From positions 17,174,001-17,238,000 of the forward strand of contig OX597822.1 in the NCBI GenBank assembly GCA_951406725.2: 64,000 nucleotides of DNA, written 5' to 3'. The notes under the pieces are model-generated. The model was given only the letters and a program-made list of their open reading frames with translations, had not been told where the DNA came from and did not search any database. Below, one piece after another: positions 1 to 13,846 of the stretch (position 1 is its first letter; each line of letters starts with the position of its first letter). This DNA is from Octopus vulgaris. Its lineage: Eukaryota. A program made the position numbers and the translations under genes.

Positions 1-2280
1 ATGCCTCATGTTTCTTTTGTGGTTCAGTGTATTAGGGTTTTTTTTTTGTCTTTGGATTAAGATTCAGTTCATCACCATGATCTAATGTTACATTTGGTTA
101 CAGCAAAGAATCTTGCAGCTGCTCTGTTACCATTTTAATGCCATACTGAACCATTTCCAGCTGATTAGCTGTGGAATATATAAATTTATAAATAGCCTTC
201 TATGTCAGGGGTAAAACGAATCTGGACAGTGACCAGCACTATTGTTATTTTTCTTTAACATCAGCAGCATTGAGGAATGTTGTTTCCAATTTGGAATTCC
301 AGGCAGAAACATTTAGAATTCACAGCTTAAGAAATTCCATTAACACTAGATTGAAAGCTATTCTCAGTAACTTCATCAAAAGAGAGGTGCTGAAACTTAG
401 TGACATGAGCAAAGCCTATGTGAATGAGCCATCCACATGTCCTAAAATGAAAGGCCTCGCTCAAAGGGCCACTGTAAAAAGTATTTCGACAGAAAACTAC
501 AGCAATTTCCCAAAAGGAGTCAAAAGAATTTAGAGAAAAAAAATAATGAGTTCCTACATGCGTTTCTTAAAACAAAATGATATAATGCTTCTTGCTATGT
601 GATATGTTTACAAATTTAGAGCTACTTAAGGCTTAAGCCTGACCAATGTTTCTGAAGCTTAACCAAAATCAATAATACCATTAGCAATGAAATTTTTCAA
701 CCTTGTACGTAAAGACCACAGCAAACAAACACATAGGGAGACTCAACAAAGTGCATTTCTTAATACACAAAATTCTCCCAAGAAACACTGTTGATTCTCA
801 AGAAAATTGTTGTAACCTATATCACTACCTGTGATATAGTTTAAGTTGTAATTTCTTTCATTGCCCCACTGTGCAACAGCTGCAGAAAGAGTTTCTCCAT
901 TTCTTAATAACACAACAACTAAAGATTACAGTAATCTAAAAAAAAAAAAAGCTTAGACAGAAGCCTCTTCTGCAAAACATAAACTGTAATAAGTGGCATT
1001 GAGAACAGTTTGTCTCAAACTAGAAGGCAAAAAAAAAAAAAAGAAAAGACCTTATACAGCAAGAAGAAAAGTTAAACAATTCATTGCATTTTTGATGAAA
1101 GCTATAAGGAAAAATTTAACACATTTTCTCTTTCTTGAAGTATTTATGGGGTTTCATAGTGGTATAATGCAATTGGAATGGTTTTGTATATTGTTGTACC
1201 TTTTTAACAAAGTATTTGGCACCAGTGAGGAAAAAAAAACAACTTTTGGCAGCCCTGGGAACATTTAAGGGATGTGAACTATTAATATATGCTTGCGTGT
1301 GCACACATGTATGTCCAGGTGTGTAGGCTCCGTTGTGACTTCTTTGGACAATGTTACCAATTAAGTTGATATCTCTGTAAGAATATCAGGCAGAGTCTAA
1401 ATATAAATATCATTTCTGCTTTCTTATTGAGGGAAAGATTTGAAATAATCTTACGTCTGTTTTGCAATTTAATTTGATACATTAATATAGAAATTACCCT
1501 AATGTGTCTTTAGTCTACCAGAATAGTCACAAATTAATTAAATCATAATTTTTTCCATTATTTGTTCCTGGAGAAAAGTTCAAAAGCATTTTAGGATATT
1601 AGCTTCCTTCAGGAGTGAATGCCTTTATGGGAAGGCCATATCTTCATGGGGATAGAGAGATTTGTATGTTTCAAGATGTCTATCATAACTATGGTTGTAT
1701 TTTATAATGTTTCAAAACAGTTTCTACAAAGTTCAAAGAGAAAGAGAGAGAGAGAAAGAGAGAGAGAGAGATTAACGCATTAATACACTTCAGGTGATGA
1801 AAGACAGTTGCAACCTTAAAAGTCTATCCAAGATAATAAAACTGCAAGGAATGCTTTACTATCATATTTGGAAAAGGATCCACAGAAATTCAAATAATAC
1901 CATGAATTAAATAAACAAACCAATAATTGAGGAAAACCAGTAAATAGGAGATGGTAAGGAAATATCATTATTAGAGGTTTCATTTATTTATTTTACTCCA
2001 TATTCTCTGTTGTATTGTTACAAGATTGAAATTTAGTGGAAGTCACGACAACAACTGTAGACTGAACTGAAAAGGTTTAGAGGTCCATGAGAAATGAATA
2101 AGGAAGCAAGAATATAAAGAGGCCAGGTGTGACTTAAAGAAGGAACGACATGAGCCAGTCTAAGGAACGGAAGGTGTACTGAAGAACTAGAAGCCAAACT
2201 GAAGACATTCGTATAATAGAAAATATATATAAGTGGCTCGACAGGGTAGAGATTTAAATCTATTCAGCCTGTACAACATG

Positions 2281-2320
<40 letters not shown>

Positions 2321-3719
2321 GAAAGAAGTTCATGGCTGTAGAAATACACTTTTGGAATATCACCTCTTGGAAAGAGGCCAAGAAATATTCCTGGCACCAA
2401 TTAAAATTAAATACCTGCAAATGTCTGCACTTAAAATATTAACAAATAAAATAGTTAAAAACAAACCTTAAGTCTGGAACTAGTTTCTTTGCATTAATAT
2501 GAGATTCAATTAGAGAAAAACTGAAAATAAATATAATGATTACCCAACTCTCTAAACAATTTAAGATGAATACTGATCTGCCAACTCTTGGCAGGTTCTA
2601 TGGTTAAATATTGTACAATAATGAATCATACATATACGTAGAGTTACAAATAAATGGACTAAAGAGAGGAAAGAATGAAAGCATGAGTGTGTAAAACATA
2701 CATATATACATGCTCTCTTGAAATAAATAAATAAATAAATAAGCTTTCCATCCTCTCAATACTGAAGATTGAATAAGTTGCAGAATTTCATATATTCTCC
2801 AGACTTGATTTCTGTATTTCTTTATTAAAATTCCTTCTCAATCAAATTTTGAAACTGACTTGGAGGATAAAAAAAGGGTTCCATGTCAAAAACGGAACAA
2901 ATTCAATATTCTACAAATAATTGAGGAAATTTACTGACACAGTTATTGCCTAAATAGTCCTATCTAGAATTCACACAAACACACACTTTCTTTCACGCAC
3001 ACACACACGCACACACACAGAGTTAATCATCTAAAGCAAGCATTTTGAAATATCTTTAGTGTGTAATGGTAGGAATCAATATTTGTGACTCTGATAAATG
3101 TAGAAACATAAGAAAAATTTAAACTTTCAAGAGGCAAGATGCAAAGAAACCACTCTCATGACTGTCCACCCTTTCACTGCAAATAACAACTGCAAACACC
3201 ATTGTAACTATTAAAGTAGTCTTGTGAGAAGATTTATCCTTTTCAGTTAAGCATGGGCATCTTACTGCATTACAGAAACTCTGTTTACAGAGGCAAGCAT
3301 TTCAAGAAATTGCAAAGTATGACCAATGATTTTGAGATATGGCATAATGCCACTCTTATTTAAACTTGGGTAAAATTCAACAATTTTATCAACTTCAATC
3401 ATGATATATATATTTCTCAAGCCTTGCTGGTATCTGCTACGTGTTTCTTCCTTGGCCCCATGACATCTTGATTGTTCATGCATCAATTCAACTGAGCTGA
3501 TTTTCACTGAGCTTGGCATGTGAAATACAGCAATCTTTCAAAGAACACTGAATATTTTGTGCTTCCCATTTAAATAAATTTTTTACACATGAGTGTGTGT
3601 GTGTGTATATGTGTGTATTGGCATCATGAAGGAAATAATAAAAGACTGAGATGATTAGTGATGAGGCTGTGCTTGACAACAAAACAAATGATGTCCCCAA
3701 AGCATTCTGTTTATGCTTG

Positions 3720-4595
3720 AAACCCATTGTCCCATGAAGTATTGCCTGCATTTCAGTCTCTTAACACCCAGCCCTTAATCACTCCTCTATCTACAGCACT
3801 TCTTGGCAACTGTAATCACTTGAGGCTTGTAATGGCACACATTACCCCTCCCCCATTCTTTCTTTGCATTACCAAAGAAACAACTTCCATCCCTTATCCC
3901 CACTTCCTCACCCACCTCCTTCCTGAGCCTTCGGTTATCTTTCACCGCTGCCATACTCCATCTTAACATCCCACATCTCAACTATTTCTCTCACATCTGC
4001 CATCCTGACCAATGCACCCTAACCCCCTCCATATCCCTCCACACCTACATCTTGCACAGCATGCCGCTACTGTCTGATTTATCCTTGTTCAACCATTTCT
4101 ATCTCTCCACACTCATATTTCCTATCAACTGCACCATCACCCTTCTTCATCACATCCACACACCCCGCCCCATCAACCACTGTCCACAGCCTCTTTTATC
4201 TTGAGACACTTTGCACTAGTGTTCTAGTGGCTACATTCTTTTATTTCCCCCCACAACTATCCTTAGCCACCCCTATATGATGTGGGGTAGCCATGTATTT
4301 CCATTGTACAGCAAGTCATTCAGTGCATATCTCTATCATACTTTTAGTCTTTCAACCCTCACTGAATAGCAACTGCTTTTACTTCTCCTTTTGCCCCCTC
4401 TTGCAAGTTGCTTGGCGACCTCACAAGCGGTGGTGGCTTGAGGAAAGTGGCAGGAACACATCGTCATGTGGTTGGCATTAGGAAAGGCATCCAGCCATAG
4501 AAACCAGGCTGAAGTGGACACCGGAACTCATTGGATCCTGTCAAACTGTCCATCCCATGCCAGCATGGAAGACGGATGTGTGGTGATGGTGATGC
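3720..4595 (+). mobile_element. Probable RTE-related 3' UTR variant with a long pyrimidine-rich tract
   Basis: A C/T-rich segment leads into gtggttggcattaggaaaggcatccagcc...ccatgccagcatgg...gatggtgatg. The tail (4465-4595) is clear; the upstream extent is inferred. Confidence 0.55.
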
Positions 4596-5256
4596 ACACA
4601 CACATATACATGTCTATGTGTGTGTGTAAAAGAGAGAGAGAGAAGAGAGTGGGGGGGGGAGATAGCTTGTCAGAATCATTCGTATTAAGTATTTTATTCA
4701 AATTCTCTTTGAATGAAAAAGTGGATATTTAATGATGGTGATGATGGTGATGATGATGTAGTATATAATGAATGAGCTTGGCAGGCATAGTTGAATACAC
4801 AAACCGAGTTCTCTTGTGGAAGAAACTAGATTCTAATAATGTTGCATGGGGTGGGGGCAGAGAGAAAGAGGGAGGATAGAGAGAGAAGGTGAGAGAAGGA
4901 GAGAGAGACAGACAGACAGAGTAAAGGTATATTAAAAATATCTTTCAACATAAGACGTTCTGCTTAGAAACATTTTTCTAGGTTTTGTCAGAGACATACT
5001 TAAAAAGATATTTGTTAGAAGAATCCAAACGTGATAATAAGGCAGATAAAAAGAATCTGAGAATTTTTTAAACTTACACCCACAGAAAATTTCTTTGCAA
5101 ATAAGATAATTGATTAAATTTGTAAATTAGAACTGATGATAAAGATGTATTATGCCAGCAATGTAGAAAATTAAGATAATCTCAAATATTTTATTCAGTA
5201 AATATTTATTTTACTTCAAAAGCAAACACCTTTGCTGTTTCTGGAATTCATTTTAA

Positions 5257-5462
5257 CCCTTTTCATATCAAACCATCTCTGATTGCAAGATACCAAATTC
5301 CTGTTTTAAACTTATCTTAAAATCTTTTAAAAAACTTTCACATTAATTTATGTTCCAAATGCTAACTTAATAATAACCAAATTATTTCACTGAAATCCTC
5401 ATAATTAAAGAAAATTAATTGAAACAAAAGACAGCTTCATAAGAAATATTGTGACAAAAGGG
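5257..5462. mobile_element. piggyBac-type MITE of the same family as 32105; a more decayed copy lies at ~60255-60445
   Basis: ttaa|ccctttt...aaaaggg|ttaa. The internal aatttatgttcc...cttaataataac...aaaattaattgaaa is shared with 32105-32325. Confidence 0.68.
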
Positions 5463-5584
5463 TTAAGGTGGGAATTTGAGGCATTATAAAATATGCTTTA
5501 ACTAGTAAACCGAACATTAATATTGGTTAGGATTAGCTTCAGTATAAGACTGGTAATTTTTTTAATCAATGAGAGAGTCTCAGC

Positions 5585-5760
5585 ATTGTTACCTGACCTG
5601 CTAGAAATAGCAATCAGATCTTCCTCAAACTACACCCTACAATCTTAAAAAGAGAAGAGTACATAATGTGGTCCTAGATACACATATCAGAACACAGGAT
5701 TGGAAAGTCGTTAACCATAAGTCTGCTTGATCAAGGCTGGCCTAGGGTTAAATAGTAACT
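5585..5760 (+). repeat. Further interspersed SINE-like family; related copies at ~8135-8290(-), 10485-10665(-), 22050-22090(+), 61862-62055(-)
   Basis: Shared gacctgctagaaatagca...ctcaaa.tacacc...cttaaaa and ttgatcaa.gctg.cc..gg.t.aaa(caa)n segments. Confidence 0.55.
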
Positions 5761-5884
5761 GGTATTTATTTCATTGATTTCAAAGTTGGTTCACATGGAG
5801 TTTGAACTCAGGTCACAGGGAGAGAGAAATAAATCATCATCATTATCATCATCATCATCATCAACATAATCACAATCACTGCCG

Positions 5885-6240
5885 CCGCCACCACCACCAT
5901 CATCATCATTTAATGTCAACTTTTCTGTGCTTGCTTGGATCAGACAGAATTTGGTGAAGTTGATTCTCTCTAGCTGGATGCCCTTCCTGTCACCAACCCT
6001 CACCTCTTTCACAGCAGGGGAACATTTCTCCATGGACAGACATGCTATTCATGAAAAACTGGAAACAAACAGCATCACTTGGATGATGGTGATGCCTGTT
6101 TATAATCACTATGTGATGCCAAAACAATGATGCATACACACACAGACACACACACATTTTGATGAGCTTTCTCAGTTTCCCTCTACCAATTCTTCCCATA
6201 AGGCATTGGCCACCATGAGGCTTCAGTCGAAGACACCAGC
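5885..6240 (-). mobile_element. SINE with the same head as the 54700 family but a different body and an RTE-type 3' tail; also 24430-24800(-) and body/tail at 51605-51848(+)
   Basis: Minus strand: gccttatgggaagaattggtagagggaaactgagaaagc (head), (TG)n, body, ggaagggcatccagct...gacattaaatgatgatg (RTE tail). Confidence 0.68.
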
Positions 6241-6326
6241 CGAAGAAGAAATTTAATAGTGAAACTACTACTACTGGTACCGTTCCATCACTACCACCCC
6301 ACCATCAATACTACTACTGCTGTTGC

Positions 6327-6364
<38 letters not shown>

Positions 6365-9014
6365 TAATTAGCCATGTAAGTAAATTAATGAGAAAATATT
6401 GCAATGAAATTAAATGTGATATTTATACACTTAACGAACTGATGTAAATTTTTCCCAGTCACTACATTTCTAATGTTACATAAAATATTTTACAAAACAA
6501 AGAAAATGTTGAGGAAATCTGCATCAAAGATGTTCCGAGATATATTTATAAATACAAGACTGGTAGCTGGTTTCCCTGAAGGAATGACCACCAAAATAAT
6601 GTGTAACCTAATGCAAAGACAATAGTTCCTGATAATGCAGTGTTGCTAATATTAATGCTGTGCGATTAATGCAGCATCTGCACTCACAATAATGCTGTTT
6701 TCAAAAGCATTATGTTATAGTGCAGGATAACCAATTTCTCATATAGTTTATGATAATGATGATGATGGTTACTACAGATGTGGTGACATTTGTGTATACA
6801 CAAAGAAAATGGGGAAATAAAAGGAAAAAAAAAGAAGAAAAAAGCTAGTTTCAAAACTGTATGATCTGCCCACCTCCACCTACCACTTGATTCAAAACAC
6901 CATTAAAATATCTTTACAGACAACACTTAGAAATGCTCACTCTTACAACTGAACATGCAAAAAAAAACTAAAAACAAAATCAATAATTTTACAAAAGTTC
7001 TTTGACATCAATTATAAAAAAAACCCCAAAGAAATAACAAAAAAATTAAAAAATACAATGAAGCTCTCCACTGAATGCATTGGAAAGTCTTTATAGAAGA
7101 ATGGCAAATTTATCACGCATGTTGCATTTCATGATCTGTGAGATTGCATGTTACCAGATGGAGTTGTGAATTGAAAGTATTGCTCTATACTTTAGCACAA
7201 CTGATTTTAAAGTAACATCTAGATTTACTTAACAGCATTTACAATTCTATATTTTCAGATACAGAATTTTTACCATTTTTTTTTTTTATTTGTATAAAAA
7301 ATAAAATGAAATTTTATTAAAAAATTTAAAAAGGAGCACTAAACAAAATCAAACTTGGTTTGTGGCATTCTGCATATCATTTCTTTTAATTTAACAGCTG
7401 GATGCTTAAATTTAATTTTTATGCAAGCTATTTATAGCAATTATATTAGATTTGTGCTTAATATGCTGCACTAACAAACTTTAAAAAAAAATATATACTT
7501 ACAGCTTGAATAATTTGAAAGAGTTTACAGAAACAAATTCAGTGAGTGTCATCAGAATTATTGAAATGTAGAGCATGAATAGACCAAGTCTCATGCTATG
7601 CTCCTCTGCCTTTATTACTGTTCTTTGAAGTAAGATATATTACGTGCATCAGTGAAGAAGCCAGCTAATAACAATGAGTATCACTTCCACTGATAGTTGA
7701 ATAATGGTTGGTAGCAGAAACATTGTAGCACATTAAAAGGGGAGGAAAAAAAGCGTCTTTATAGTCATTAACTGATTTCATTGGACTGCAGCTATGCTAA
7801 GGCATCGCCTACGGAGCTTCAGTCAAATATATCGACCTTTGTATTTAGCTCTGGCCTTCATTTTATCAATCTCTGTTTACTGAATGGCTAAGTTCACTCA
7901 ATGATTTATGTCATTCCTTTCCTTAAAAAGTAAAAACCACAATGAATTCATACATACACACACACAACAAGATTCTATAGTTTCCATCTACCAAAACTTG
8001 CAAGAAACACACTGGCCAACCTGCAACAACTAACCAGGCAGCCATCTCTGTTTTCTCAATGTAAAACATTTTCAGAGCCAATCCATAGAAATATCTAAAT
8101 CAAGGAAACCATCCAAAATATATTAACTGAAGAAGTTGTTGTTTAGCCCCAGTTTAGCCTTGACCCAGAACCTATAACCCAACCACGCCCAACAACCCTA
8201 TGCCTAGCATTAGTGTCATTTCTTTAAAATAGTAGGAGAGTTCTGAAAGAAATTTGTCTAAAGCATCCACACGGAGGCTCCCTCGTTGCTTGAAAAGAAG
8301 TGTAAAACATATGAAGAGGCCTCAACACACAGGCATATATAAGGACTTATGTGTGTATGCAGATGAGACCAAACTTTGCTTGTTTCCAAAGTTATTCGCT
8401 GAGAAGTATTCTGGGCTTATTTTAATTTTATTGATTTCCATATTGACAGTATTTGAAGTTTATTTTAATGCTGCAAAAACTTCAACCAAAAGCTAAAACA
8501 CAACTAACACATTTTTCTGAAAAATTGAAATACGACTTAAGACTTTCTTCTCTGGAGATATCTGAGAGGAAATATGGCTGACTAGAAAACTTTATTCTTC
8601 ATTGCAAAGAATAAAGAAAACATCCATTTTTTTTAAGAAAAAGAAAGCTGTGAAAATGTGTAGTTTATTTGAGACATTTTGAAGAGTAGATAGAGCAAAA
8701 GGACCTAAGTATTTGAAGTTGACTATTTATTCATTTGTGTGTGGGGAAAAAAAGGGGGATCTACATCAATTATTGATTTCTTACATAAGGATCAGGCTTC
8801 ACATTTTTAAAGGAGGGGAAATGATATCAAGGAATGTTCATATTCTTGAAAGATATTAGTCTAGCCATATAAATGAAAAGGGAAATGTTACAATCAAGTA
8901 ATCTGTGCCAAGTGACATAGTAACTGTGTCAGGGAACTTTCTTCCATTTTAATAGCAACTGATTCAAAACAGTTTTTAACCTCAAATGAATTGTAAAAAT
9001 GTAAATTAAAATAA

Positions 9015-10075
9015 TGAAGCAAGGTCTGGATTCAAAGAGTCTTTGAAATAATTTAGCAAAGACCAAAAGTTGTAGTAAGTTGGAAAACAAAGAAATCATA
9101 AATCCCTTCAAAGAGATGGCCCTGCTTGATAAGCAGAAATGACGTAGGGAGAAACTCCATTAAGTTGTACCCAGTACAAGCTATGAACACATAAGAGGTG
9201 CAATAGTACCAGAGGAAGGTTAATAGAGAAAGTAGTATTTTGTATGTGGCAGATGTGTAAGTGCAATAAACACTGGGAATGTAGAGAAAATAGGCTTCAC
9301 CAAATGCCGGGGTGGGGGTTGAGGAATACTTGGAAGTCAGCAGAGGAGGAGGATGCTCTGAGAGTGGAGTTGCTAGAATAAGAACGGGCTGAGCAAAGTT
9401 CAGAGAGTTTCTACTTTTGTTGGTAACAAAGGGCCTCTCTTTTAGAGTCAAAAGCAGATTGTATGATGCCTGTGTGCAGACAGCCATGCTATAAGGCAGT
9501 GAAACATGGGCTGAGGATGCAGAAGACAGGGAAAGGATTGAAAGAGATGAAGCTGGCATACAATGTCAGTGTGCATGTACAAGAGAGCGTAAGTGTCTTA
9601 GGAGAACAATCAGATGTAAGAAGCAACAAATGTAGTGTGCAAAAGAGGAGACTGTGCTGGTATGGTCATGTGTTGTGTATGGACAAGGACAGCAGTATAA
9701 AGAAGTGGAGGGAACCTGTGAAAGAGGCAGACCCAGGGAGATGTGAGATGAGTGGGTGGAATATGATCTTTGGATGTTGAGTCATAAGGAGGTGACTGAA
9801 ACTTTTGGCAATTTTCTGCAATTGAGAAGACATGTCAAACTAAGTGAAATTGCGGTTGTGGCCAGTGCCAGTGACACATAAAAGACACCCAGTCCACACT
9901 CTGTAAAGTAGTTGGCATTAGGAAGGGCATCCAGCCATAGAACCCAAGCCTGGTGCAGCTCTCTGGCTGACCTGCTTCAGTTAAACTGTTGAACCCATGA
10001 TAGTATGGAAGACAGATATTAAATGATGATAATGGTGGTGCTGGTGATGATGATGATGATGATAATGATGATGAT
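9015..10075 (+). mobile_element. Older, degraded 5'-truncated RTE copy
   Basis: Diverged match to 36750-37640 (gatggccctgc, cataagaggtgc, gcaaagttcagagag, tggtatggtcatgtg) plus the 3' tail and (GAT)n. Confidence 0.85.
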
Positions 10076-12039
10076 GAATATATTCCTTCAATGTAAAAAT
10101 CTTAAATTTAACAGTTGGTACTTAATTGCTGATTACATAAGAATGAATGAAATTAATTGTGTTGCTCTTGAATATTATGAGAAGTAATGGGATTTATTTT
10201 ATTAAGTAGAGTCTGCCAAATAATATTTCCCCTCAAACAAATTTCGGTGGGTTTTCTTGGTGATCATGATGACTTGGATTGTTCAGACTTTGGAAACCTT
10301 GCAATTTGTATAAGTTCTAATGACACAATAAAAATGTTACATTGGGGCTTAAGTAGAGACAGTAAAAAATTGTGTGGATTTTTAGCACATTTGGAGCATC
10401 ATAAAGCTCATGGGGAATCATATTGGCTTTGTAAATATTTAAAACTCTGTCTACTCCATAGGGTTAAAGTTTAAGCATGCTTATATATGTTGTTGCTCTC
10501 CTTGAGTAGATCAATCATTAAAAGCATTTCACCCATGACCATCCTGTCTCTTCAGGGCTATCTCAACCAACAAATCATTTTTCTTTATAGTTGAGTGTAA
10601 TTTGAGGTACAATCACTATTTTTTCTAACAAGTTAAAAACCTGCACAGAAGAGGCTCCCCTTTTGGTTTGACAGATGTGTTACATGTACGGTGACAGAAA
10701 TAGATTTCTTTGTTGTATGATTGAAAGGACAGCAAGAAGAAAGGCATAGAAACCTACTCACAAAATAAATAATGGATTATCTTAAACATAGAACTGAACT
10801 ATACAAATCTGAAAAATTATTTTTAATTAATAAAAATATCAAGTGTCAATTTATGAATTAAATCATAACCCTGAATAGTGAAATTTTGCACAATTCCCAA
10901 CCATAAATGTTTGGATTCTCACAAATTTTGCAACAAACAACTGAAACGGTGCTTCAAATGCTGTCTGTCAATCTTTTATTAGTAGAGCTGACCAGGTTTG
11001 ACATAATTATGCCAATGTCGCATTTTCAGAATCACATTGGTTGGCATAAAGAAACATCATTCTATCATGTCCAACATTATTTGAAACTAATTTTGCCTAT
11101 TTATAGATTTATTGAAATATTGAATATCAGCAATATAGTGACAAAAAAAAAAAAAAAGTAACCGAATTATACCATTTGTAACAGCATCCTCTCTCTCTCT
11201 CTCAACTGAAACAGAGAGAGAAGGAGGAGAGAAACAAAGAGAGACTAAGGAGGAGTAGGAGTCATTTTGCAGAAGTCCGTGACCATTAAGGCTTGGAGTC
11301 ACATTTGAAATGATTGACATGAGGCAGATGCAAAATGTGATATCACACTACTCCACTATTCTTCCAAAGATTCTCACAGAGAAACATTTTACATGAAAAT
11401 ATAATAGACAGGTATTTATGTATGTGAAGAATTTGGTTTCCAAATGTACTTTATTGAGAGCTGTTGTGCAAAGTTCTCAGAACTGCAAAAAAGTTATATC
11501 AAATTCATCTCTACACAATATATAATTCTTGCCAAGTGAAAAAAGGATCAACTGCAGAATTTAGCATTTGTTTTGCGGATTTTAAAGGAACATTTGGCAT
11601 TTTGAAATTAAATTAAGACAATAATGTTGATTTAGAGCTCTCGAGAAAATCTAATTTCTAATCAATAGATAAGGCATAAATTAACTTTTATGGTCTCCTA
11701 TAAATCTAGAACTAGAGTTGGAATTCTCACTTATTTGTTAGAATACAATTGTAGAAGGCATTCATTTCTTTCTTAATTGTATCATACCAACTTATTATGC
11801 TCGATGAATTGTTTGGCATATTAGTTTCTTCAGCCACAATGCAATACAAAATAGGTTGCAAAAAGTTATTTGTAGGTAAGCAAATTCAATTTCTTCAAAT
11901 ACAATAGCTTGTCTTTGCAAACTGACAATTTGATAATACCTTCATCAAGGAACAGCTTCTTAAGATTTCATTTTTATATGAGAAGTTTCAGGTATTGTTT
12001 ACTCCATTCACCACCACCACCACCACCACCACCACCACT

Positions 12040-12285
12040 CATCATCATCATCTTTATCATCAACATTTAATGTCTGTCTTCACTATTGGCATGGGTTGGA
12101 CAGTTTGACAGAAGCTGGCCAGCCAGAGAGTTGCACCAGGCTCCAATTCTCTGCTTAGGCATGGTCTCTACAGCTGAATGACCTTCTTAATGCCAACTAC
12201 TTTACAGAGGGCTTTTTTATGTTTCTTACATGGTACCAGTACAGGTGGCTTTTCATGTGGCATCTGCACCAGTGGTGTTGCCTAG
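12040..12285 (-). mobile_element. RTE 3'-end fragment; similar short tails at 15290-15470(+), 19990-20110(+), 23770-23945(+), 27231-27270(-), 44286-44312(-), 44680-44785(+)
   Basis: All share the ggaagggcatccagctgtagaa and/or ccaacccatgc(t/c)agcatgg...(GAT)n signature. Confidence 0.78.
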
Positions 12286-12564
12286 CAGCTAAATAATAAT
12301 TATAATTATTGTTATTATTATTACTTCAAATTTTGGCAGCAAGCCAGCAATTATGAGGGAGGTGATAAGTTGACTGCATCAACCTTAATGTTCAACTGAT
12401 ACTTATTTTATGGAACCAGAAACAATAGAAGCTGGAAGTCAGCTGCAGCAGAGTTTGAACTCAAAACGTAAAGAGCCAGAAAAACAGCAGCTAAGCATTT
12501 TGACTGGCATTCTAACAACTCTACCAGCTTGCCACCTTAATGATGGCAATGATGATGATGATAT

Positions 12565-13020
12565 TAATATCCTCTGGGATTTAACAACCCAAATAGATCA
12601 GGTGCTAGAGCATAAAAACCTGACTTAGTGGTGGTCGACAAGATGCACCACATGTGCTATATAGTTGATGTTGTATGCCCCTTTGACCAATGAATGGTCA
12701 AGAAAAAAGGTGAAAAGATAAACACAACCCTCTTAAGTATGAAATAGCCTGGCTATGGAAAATGAAGAAGGTGAAGATCAATTACTGTTTGGTCCTTGGG
12801 GACAGTATCAGAAGGCATAAAAAGGAAACTGGAATAGAGTGCCCAGTAAAACTGTTCCAAAAAGATTGCCTCCATGGCATCACCAGAATAATCAGAAAAG
12901 TATTAGATAGCCAAAAAGAACGGATAGCATGGTACCATAGGCTGCAGGTAGCAAGCCTGTTACACATGCAAGACTCCAGGGAGCTCCAACAAAACCTGTG
13001 ATAAAAAGAAATAATAATAA
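12565..13020 (+). mobile_element. 3' fragment of a restriction-like-endonuclease (R4/Dong-like) non-LTR retrotransposon
   Basis: Frameshifted peptide ILWD...EHKKPDLVVVDK...CYIVDVVCPFD...KGEKI...PLKYEIAWLWKMKKV fits the PD-(D/E)xK RLE motif. Ends in (TAA)n. Confidence 0.72.
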
Positions 13021-13514
13021 TCCCTTCTACTTTAGCACAAGGCCTGAAATTTTTGAAGAAGGTGTTAGTTGATTGCACCAGCCCCAGTCCTCAACTGGTG
13101 CTTACTTTATAAACCCTGAAAGGATGAAAAGCAAAGTTAACCTCAGCAGAATTTGAACTCAGAATGTAAGGAAAGACACAGCATTTTGTCTGGTGTGTTA
13201 ATAATTTTGCCAGCTCATCCTTTCAGCTGGATTCCTTTCAGAATTCCAACTACTTTGCAGCGTTAACATGGTGCATTGTATTATGCCATTATTTACAAGA
13301 GAAGTTGTCTGAAGCAGAACTAGAAGAATCCCACCAAAATATAAATCCTCAAGTCAAGTTAAGGCAGTGAATTAGCAGAATAATTATTACAGAATTGGAC
13401 AGAATGCCTTGTGATATTTGCTCTGACTCATTTGTGTTCTGAGTTCAAATCCTGTTGAGGTCAACCTTGACAGGCTTTAAGAATAGTTTTGTCACTATGT
13501 CTAGACCTCTTACC

Positions 13515-13846
13515 CACAACAAGGTACACTTCTTGTTGCATTATGGTTACTTATATACCTCAATGCCCTGAGATTTATTCCAGCAGAGTGCAAGCTCTTG
13601 GTAGGGTTTCCTATGCTTGGCAAGTCAAATGACAGAAACCAGACTAATATGGATTACCTATCTTCCAAGTTAAAATGGTTTGCTTAGGGCTAACAGCCTC
13701 ACTTAAGAAAAGCAAAGTTACAAAAGCATAGCAGACAATTCAAAACCAAGGCCTAGGAGAGGAAGAGACAGCCCAGAGTTAAGAAAAGTGTAGAAAAGTT
13801 GTCAAGGGCTTATGCTTCAAAAGGGAGCAGAAGGCTTACGTAAGTT
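13515..13846 (+). mobile_element. Possible bipartite non-autonomous RTE derivative (5' UTR-like part fused to a 3' end), from a different RTE lineage than the main family
   Basis: cctcaatg.ccctgaga...gctcttggtagggt...tagggctaacagcc resembles RTE 5' UTR segments, and gggcttatgcttc...ggagcagaaggcttacgtaagt resembles (TAAG)n-tailed RTE 3' ends. From recall only; single copy in the window. Confidence 0.45.

Noticed and set aside
270-533. 87-aa plus-strand ORF
   Set aside because: Non-ATG start, no motif and no clear splice context.
817-840. 9-bp hairpin ctatatcac/gtgatatag, and the 15-bp inverted pair at ~32503-32581
   Set aside because: Short and isolated; near chance expectation in 64 kb of AT-rich DNA.
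3262-3535. 85-aa minus-strand ORF ending at a gtaaga donor-like site
   Set aside because: Weak acceptor and no recognisable homology; compatible with chance.
11725-11890. Minus-strand peptide IISWYDTIKKEMNAFYNCIL, faintly like the RXYLT1 C-terminus
   Set aside because: There is an in-frame stop just upstream and none of the conserved last-exon motifs (LCPVG, ECYRIYEA) are present.
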